DNA of 20,000 nt from an uncultured virus (IMG/VR IMGVR_UViG_3300006127_000002) (taxonomy: Duplodnaviria > Heunggongvirae > Uroviricota > Caudoviricetes): IMG/VR virus record IMGVR_UViG_3300006127_000002; one strand, written 5' to 3'. Shown in pieces: positions 17,149-20,000 of the stretch (positions are counted from its first letter, which is position 1; the number at the start of each line of letters is the position of its first letter). A program made the position numbers and the translations under genes. The notes under the pieces were generated by a model. It had not been told where the DNA came from. It searched no databases and saw only the letters and a list, made by a program, of their open reading frames with translations.

Positions 17149-17550
17149 TCAAAATAAACTTTTAAAGAACCCACCGACTTTCTGAAAGAATGATAGTTTC
17201 TGCTGCGGTAAAAAGTTAGGCAGTTCACGTTCCGGCAAAAAGTTGTGCATCTCGTAAGTTTGTCCGCTTACACCAGTAACCGTATGTTTTGGCTGCTCGC
17301 TCAGAGGGATATGCGGTGTTGTTTCTAACTTCTCAATCTTCTTTTGCAGACGGGCTTTCTTTATGCGTAACCTAGCCACGGCAGCTTTCTGCTGTACTTT
17401 CTTAGGCACTACACCTTTCTTATTTTGCGAGAGTATGTAGTACACATAATTCACACTTACACCCGTATCAAGCGCAACTGTTGACGGCTTTGCTTCTGGA
17501 TACTTAGCCATGTATTTACGAATCTTATCTGCTTTGTTTTGCTTCTTCAT
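17149..17550 (-). CDS. Basic HTH-containing protein
   Basis: KADKIRKYMAKYPEAKPSTVALDTGVSVNYVYYILS is HTH-like; ATGA overlap. Confidence 0.7.
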   Translation of the reverse strand: MKKQNKADKIRKYMAKYPEAKPSTVALDTGVSVNYVYYILSQNKKGVVPKKVQQKAAVARLRIKKARLQKKIEKLETTPHIPLSEQPKHTVTGVSGQTYEMHNFLPERELPNFLPQQKLSFFQKVGGFFKSLF

Positions 17551-17747
17551 TTTGTTTCCCTTCCTTCCATATAACCACGAATAAACCCTAACTCAAACGC
17601 CTTGCGTAATGTATAGATACCAAGCTCTTGTCCTGTCTCTTCTACAAACTGCTGCGCCCTAGTCGCCGCATGCAATGCACCTACTACCCTTGGTGCGTTA
17701 CGCATCCTTTCTTCCATCTCTTTAAACGCTTCATCCTCAGTCATCAT
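17547..17747 (-). CDS. Hypothetical protein
   Basis: MMTEDEAFKEME...; GGAG SD; ATGA overlap at 17744-17747. Confidence 0.7.
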   Translation of the reverse strand: MMTEDEAFKEMEERMRNAPRVVGALHAATRAQQFVEETGQELGIYTLRKAFELGFIRGYMEGRETK

Positions 17748-17998
17748 GTACTCCAGTAGAGTTGACCCCAAACTCCGGGGTATTTTTTGGCTAAGGCTAT
17801 TGGTGTATCAACATCTATAAGTTTGGCATACTTGCATCTTGTCCTGAATGCCGCTTTCATTTTGTACTCGACACCTTTAACCCGATTTACTACTTGATGA
17901 ACATTGGCCTGTGTTTCGCCTATTGCTTTGGCTATATCACTCATACGATGCCATCTACCGTCTGACAAAATCTGCTTTGCCATCTCGGTTTTGTTCAT
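17744..17998 (-). CDS. Putative winged-HTH protein
   Basis: QILSDGRWHRMSDIAKAIGETQANVHQVV; ATGA overlaps. Confidence 0.65.
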   Translation of the reverse strand: MNKTEMAKQILSDGRWHRMSDIAKAIGETQANVHQVVNRVKGVEYKMKAAFRTRCKYAKLIDVDTPIALAKKYPGVWGQLYWST

Positions 17999-18252
17999 AG
18001 TTCACCTGTACGAATCTCACTAAGGGGAACACTTTTACGTAGTCGTCTGTCACGCCACCGATTCGACTTGATCTTATACTCAGGATCATCGTCACTCCAA
18101 AACTTATCGGGCTGTGCTGCTTTCCACTCTGCGACTACTGCATCTATTTCCTCGATCTTCTTTGCAAACCGTACAGATAATAGGCCATACTTACTTCTGT
18201 ATATCCCTGCTTGCTTGCCAAGTTCAACGAGTTTATTTCTATATTCGTCCAT
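17995..18252 (-). CDS. Hypothetical protein
   Basis: 85 aa; TAAGGA SD. Confidence 0.7.
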   Translation of the reverse strand: MDEYRNKLVELGKQAGIYRSKYGLLSVRFAKKIEEIDAVVAEWKAAQPDKFWSDDDPEYKIKSNRWRDRRLRKSVPLSEIRTGEL

Positions 18253-18261
18253 TGTTGTTCC

Positions 18262-18426
18262 TTAGAGTTTAACTACCCGACCGTCTGGATAAAAATAGGT
18301 ATTGCTAACACGGCTTGGATACTTCAGTACATCTAGTGCCCCCGGCCTATGCACAACGTCTGCTATTTTGAATCCTTTATATAGGGGTCGTTTCCAATAC
18401 TCAACTACTTCTTTTTTCTTTTTCAT
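18262..18426 (-). CDS. Hypothetical protein (RPGA.D.L.YPSR motif)
   Basis: ATG 18426 with GGAG SD and ATGA overlap; HRPGALDVLKYPSRV. Confidence 0.7.
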   Translation of the reverse strand: MKKKKEVVEYWKRPLYKGFKIADVVHRPGALDVLKYPSRVSNTYFYPDGRVVKL

Positions 18427-18662
18427 TTGAACACTCCATAAGCCCATGCAAAGTAGAGTATTGTGACGATACTAACAACTGTTATCGTCATCTTTGTTTT
18501 CCAATAAGTTGGTACTCTACCACCAAGTAGTGCATTTTGCAACCACATTTGGTCATTGTCAAGTGGAATATTTTTAGCGCTATAAGTTCCTTGGGTAGCC
18601 CTACGTTCAAACCACTTAGGTTCGTATGCAGAACCGATCTTTACTTTGCATTCTTGTTTCAT
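18423..18662 (-). CDS. Hypothetical protein with C-terminal TM helix
   Basis: ITVVSIVTILYFAWAYGVF hydrophobic tail; coupled to neighbours. Confidence 0.7.
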   Translation of the reverse strand: MKQECKVKIGSAYEPKWFERRATQGTYSAKNIPLDNDQMWLQNALLGGRVPTYWKTKMTITVVSIVTILYFAWAYGVFK

Positions 18663-19045
18663 TATTGCATCCTTACGTCTGGAATAATTGTTGATGGTTT
18701 AAACGTAACCCGGTAGTAATGGGGGCTTGCTTTGTTTGGGTCTAGCTGCTCTACAAAGTACGTCACGTTATCTGACAATCCAAGGAAATGCTTTTTATAT
18801 TCTGTCGCACCTACCTTGCAGATCACCGCAACTCTGCTTGGTTGTAGTAATGGTTCGATAGAGCATAGCCCTTCAATAGATAACAAATAATCACTTGTAA
18901 TGCCGTTATAAAACACAACCCTTCTGTTAACCTCAAAGTTGTCCGCCGCCTTGCTTAGATTTTGGGATACAACTCTTGCATCATCTGAGCATCCACTCAG
19001 TAAAGTTGTTGCCACTACGCTAGTAGCTATTAAAAACTTCTTCAT
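18662..19045 (-). CDS. Conserved phage lipoprotein
   Basis: Signal peptide II with lipobox LSGC; NLSKAADNFEVNRRVVFYNGIT...YKKHFLGLSDNVTYFVEQ; TAAGGA SD. Confidence 0.85.
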   Translation of the reverse strand: MKKFLIATSVVATTLLSGCSDDARVVSQNLSKAADNFEVNRRVVFYNGITSDYLLSIEGLCSIEPLLQPSRVAVICKVGATEYKKHFLGLSDNVTYFVEQLDPNKASPHYYRVTFKPSTIIPDVRMQ

Positions 19046-19054
19046 TTGTTTTCC

Positions 19055-19183
19055 TTAAAATGGTATTGATTTATCAAACAAGTCCTTCGGTACACCTTCC
19101 TTCCACATCTGAATCTGCTTACGCTCTGCATCTGTTTTGAAAGGCCAGTTCCATCGTTCAAGTGTCAGTCCTGACGGGTGCAT
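19055..19183 (-). CDS. Small hypothetical protein (42 aa; not in ORF track)
   Basis: MHPSGLTLERWNWPFKTDAERKQIQMWKEGVPKDLFDKSIPF; AAGGAG SD; its stop overlaps the next gene's SD. Confidence 0.65.
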   Translation of the reverse strand: MHPSGLTLERWNWPFKTDAERKQIQMWKEGVPKDLFDKSIPF

Positions 19184-19499
19184 CGTTCTTCTCCTTTAGT
19201 TTGGCTTCTATTGCTTTTGCGTTAAACCAAAAACCGTTTTCATAGTCTTTTATGTGACTTAGTTCCTCATCCGTCAGACCTACCCATTCTTTTTTCGGAG
19301 TTACGACTTTCACTGTTAATTCGTTTATTACGGGGCTGTAGCTGTAGCTTATGACCTGTTGCGCTGCCTGCAGCACGATGTCTTCCATTTCTCTTAGCAG
19401 TCTGATTCTAATTTCTTCCTCAACCTCTCGCCGCAACGCTGGCACCAGTATTGTGAGCAGATCATCTGCCTTTGCCTTACCAGATTTAAACAGGCCCAT
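19158..19499 (-). CDS. Cassette protein with C-terminal EWVGLTDEE...AIEAKLKEKN module
   Basis: AAGGAG SD; shares its C-terminal module with the two upstream genes. Confidence 0.75.
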   Translation of the reverse strand: MGLFKSGKAKADDLLTILVPALRREVEEEIRIRLLREMEDIVLQAAQQVISYSYSPVINELTVKVVTPKKEWVGLTDEELSHIKDYENGFWFNAKAIEAKLKEKNDAPVRTDT

Positions 19500-19899
19500 T
19501 ATTTTTCTCCTTTAGTTTGGCTTCGATTGCACGGGCAAATTTTAAATAATCATCAATAGTTGGTGTTGAATACATTGGAATATGTATATCTTTTAATTGA
19601 CGGATTGTTATTGATTCAAGAGATAACCATTCTTTGCGTGGTATAAGTTCGCTTCTTGGTATCGGATTGTTCGGTAAAACATAACCATTTATTGTAGTAA
19701 AGTACACAGGTTCTTGTTCAGGATTGCAACTACAACTACTCACAAGCGGATGACCAATAGCGTAACCACAAGTGCATCTCATGTGTTTTTCTCCTTGAGT
19801 TTGGCTTCTGCTTTTTTAATATCGACTAAACCACCACGACCACAATCAAGTATGTTTTTTATTTCCTCATCCGTCAGACCTACCCATTCTTTGCGTGGT
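19189..19899. repeat. Dispersed direct repeats within the cassette genes
   Basis: 30-bp identity 19263-19292 = 19863-19892; 20-bp TTCTCCTT(T/G)AGTTTGGCTTC at 19189, 19505 and 19789; 16-bp CCATTCTTTGCGTGGT at 19627 and 19884. Confidence 0.9.
19486..19782 (-). CDS. Cassette protein (Cys-rich N-terminus) with EW..L...FARAIEAKLKEKN module
   Basis: AAGGAG SD; ATGA overlap; CTC...CSC N-terminus, then EQEPV. Confidence 0.75.
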   Translation of the reverse strand: MRCTCGYAIGHPLVSSCSCNPEQEPVYFTTINGYVLPNNPIPRSELIPRKEWLSLESITIRQLKDIHIPMYSTPTIDDYLKFARAIEAKLKEKNNGPV

Positions 19900-20000
19900 G
19901 GTGCGGTGTAGAGTGGGCTTACATCAAGATTTGCTAAATCTTCAAGCGGGATGTCCGCAATCCAATAACAAGCTTTTGTATCACGCCAGTAATACGCAAC
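19779..20000 (-). CDS. 5'-truncated cassette protein (PLYTAPPRKEWVGLTDEE...EAKLKEKNT)
   Basis: Frame is open from the window end to TGA 19779-19781: VAYYWRDTKACYWIADIPLEDLANLDVSPLYTAPPRKEWVGLTDEEIKNILDCGRGGLVDIKKAEAKLKEKNT. Confidence 0.8.
   Translation of the reverse strand, partial: VAYYWRDTKACYWIADIPLEDLANLDVSPLYTAPPRKEWVGLTDEEIKNILDCGRGGLVDIKKAEAKLKEKNT

Noticed and set aside
17094..17165. Pseudoknot-stimulated readthrough or frameshift at UUU-UGA of the 17149-17550 gene, or an 18-aa ORF MPPSMVFTQTVTPCICVL
   Set aside because: All three frames stop within about 20 codons, there is no in-phase slippery heptamer, and nothing supports the peptide beyond a TGATG overlap.
18640..18650. Partial third copy of the operator motif (TTTACTTTGCA)
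   Set aside because: It lies inside a CDS and lacks both TTGACA and a -10 box.
19189..19899. CRISPR array or DGR template/variable repeats
   Set aside because: The repeats are in-frame coding, spaced about 300-600 bp apart, lack adenine-specific mismatches, and no reverse transcriptase or cas operon is present.
5649..19911. Plus-strand and alternate-frame ORFs across the - strand operon
   Set aside because: They fully overlap well-supported genes and show no recognisable motifs.

Overview
A 20 kb piece of a tailed dsDNA phage genome. No host genes, integrase, tRNA or CRISPR array were seen. The + strand (1-5058) carries the C-terminal 1685 aa of a giant polyvalent, probably virion-ejected protein. 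Its frame is open from base 1, so the ORF-track start at 553 is internal. It contains an ADP-ribosyltransferase-like domain, an HExxH zincin domain and a PLxRFG-like region. It converges at a terminator (about 5057-5082) with a long, tightly coupled - strand replication/early operon: primase-DUF927 helicase, HTH regulator, putative SSB, SNF2 helicase, HNH-like protein, Cas4-like nuclease, DUF3310, Leu762-type family A DNA polymerase, VRR-NUC nuclease and many small accessory genes. The most notable unexplained elements are: (1) an intergenic H-type pseudoknot RNA candidate at 17000-17148; (2) two sigma70-like promoters sharing an identical 16-bp quasi-palindrome; (3) a tandem cassette array whose repeated 3' module encodes both a peptide tail and the next gene's Shine-Dalgarno; (4) an unannotated secreted 6-Cys peptide gene; (5) three dispersed 'LL.R...PEEF' paralogs. 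Family names come from motif recognition, not database searches.
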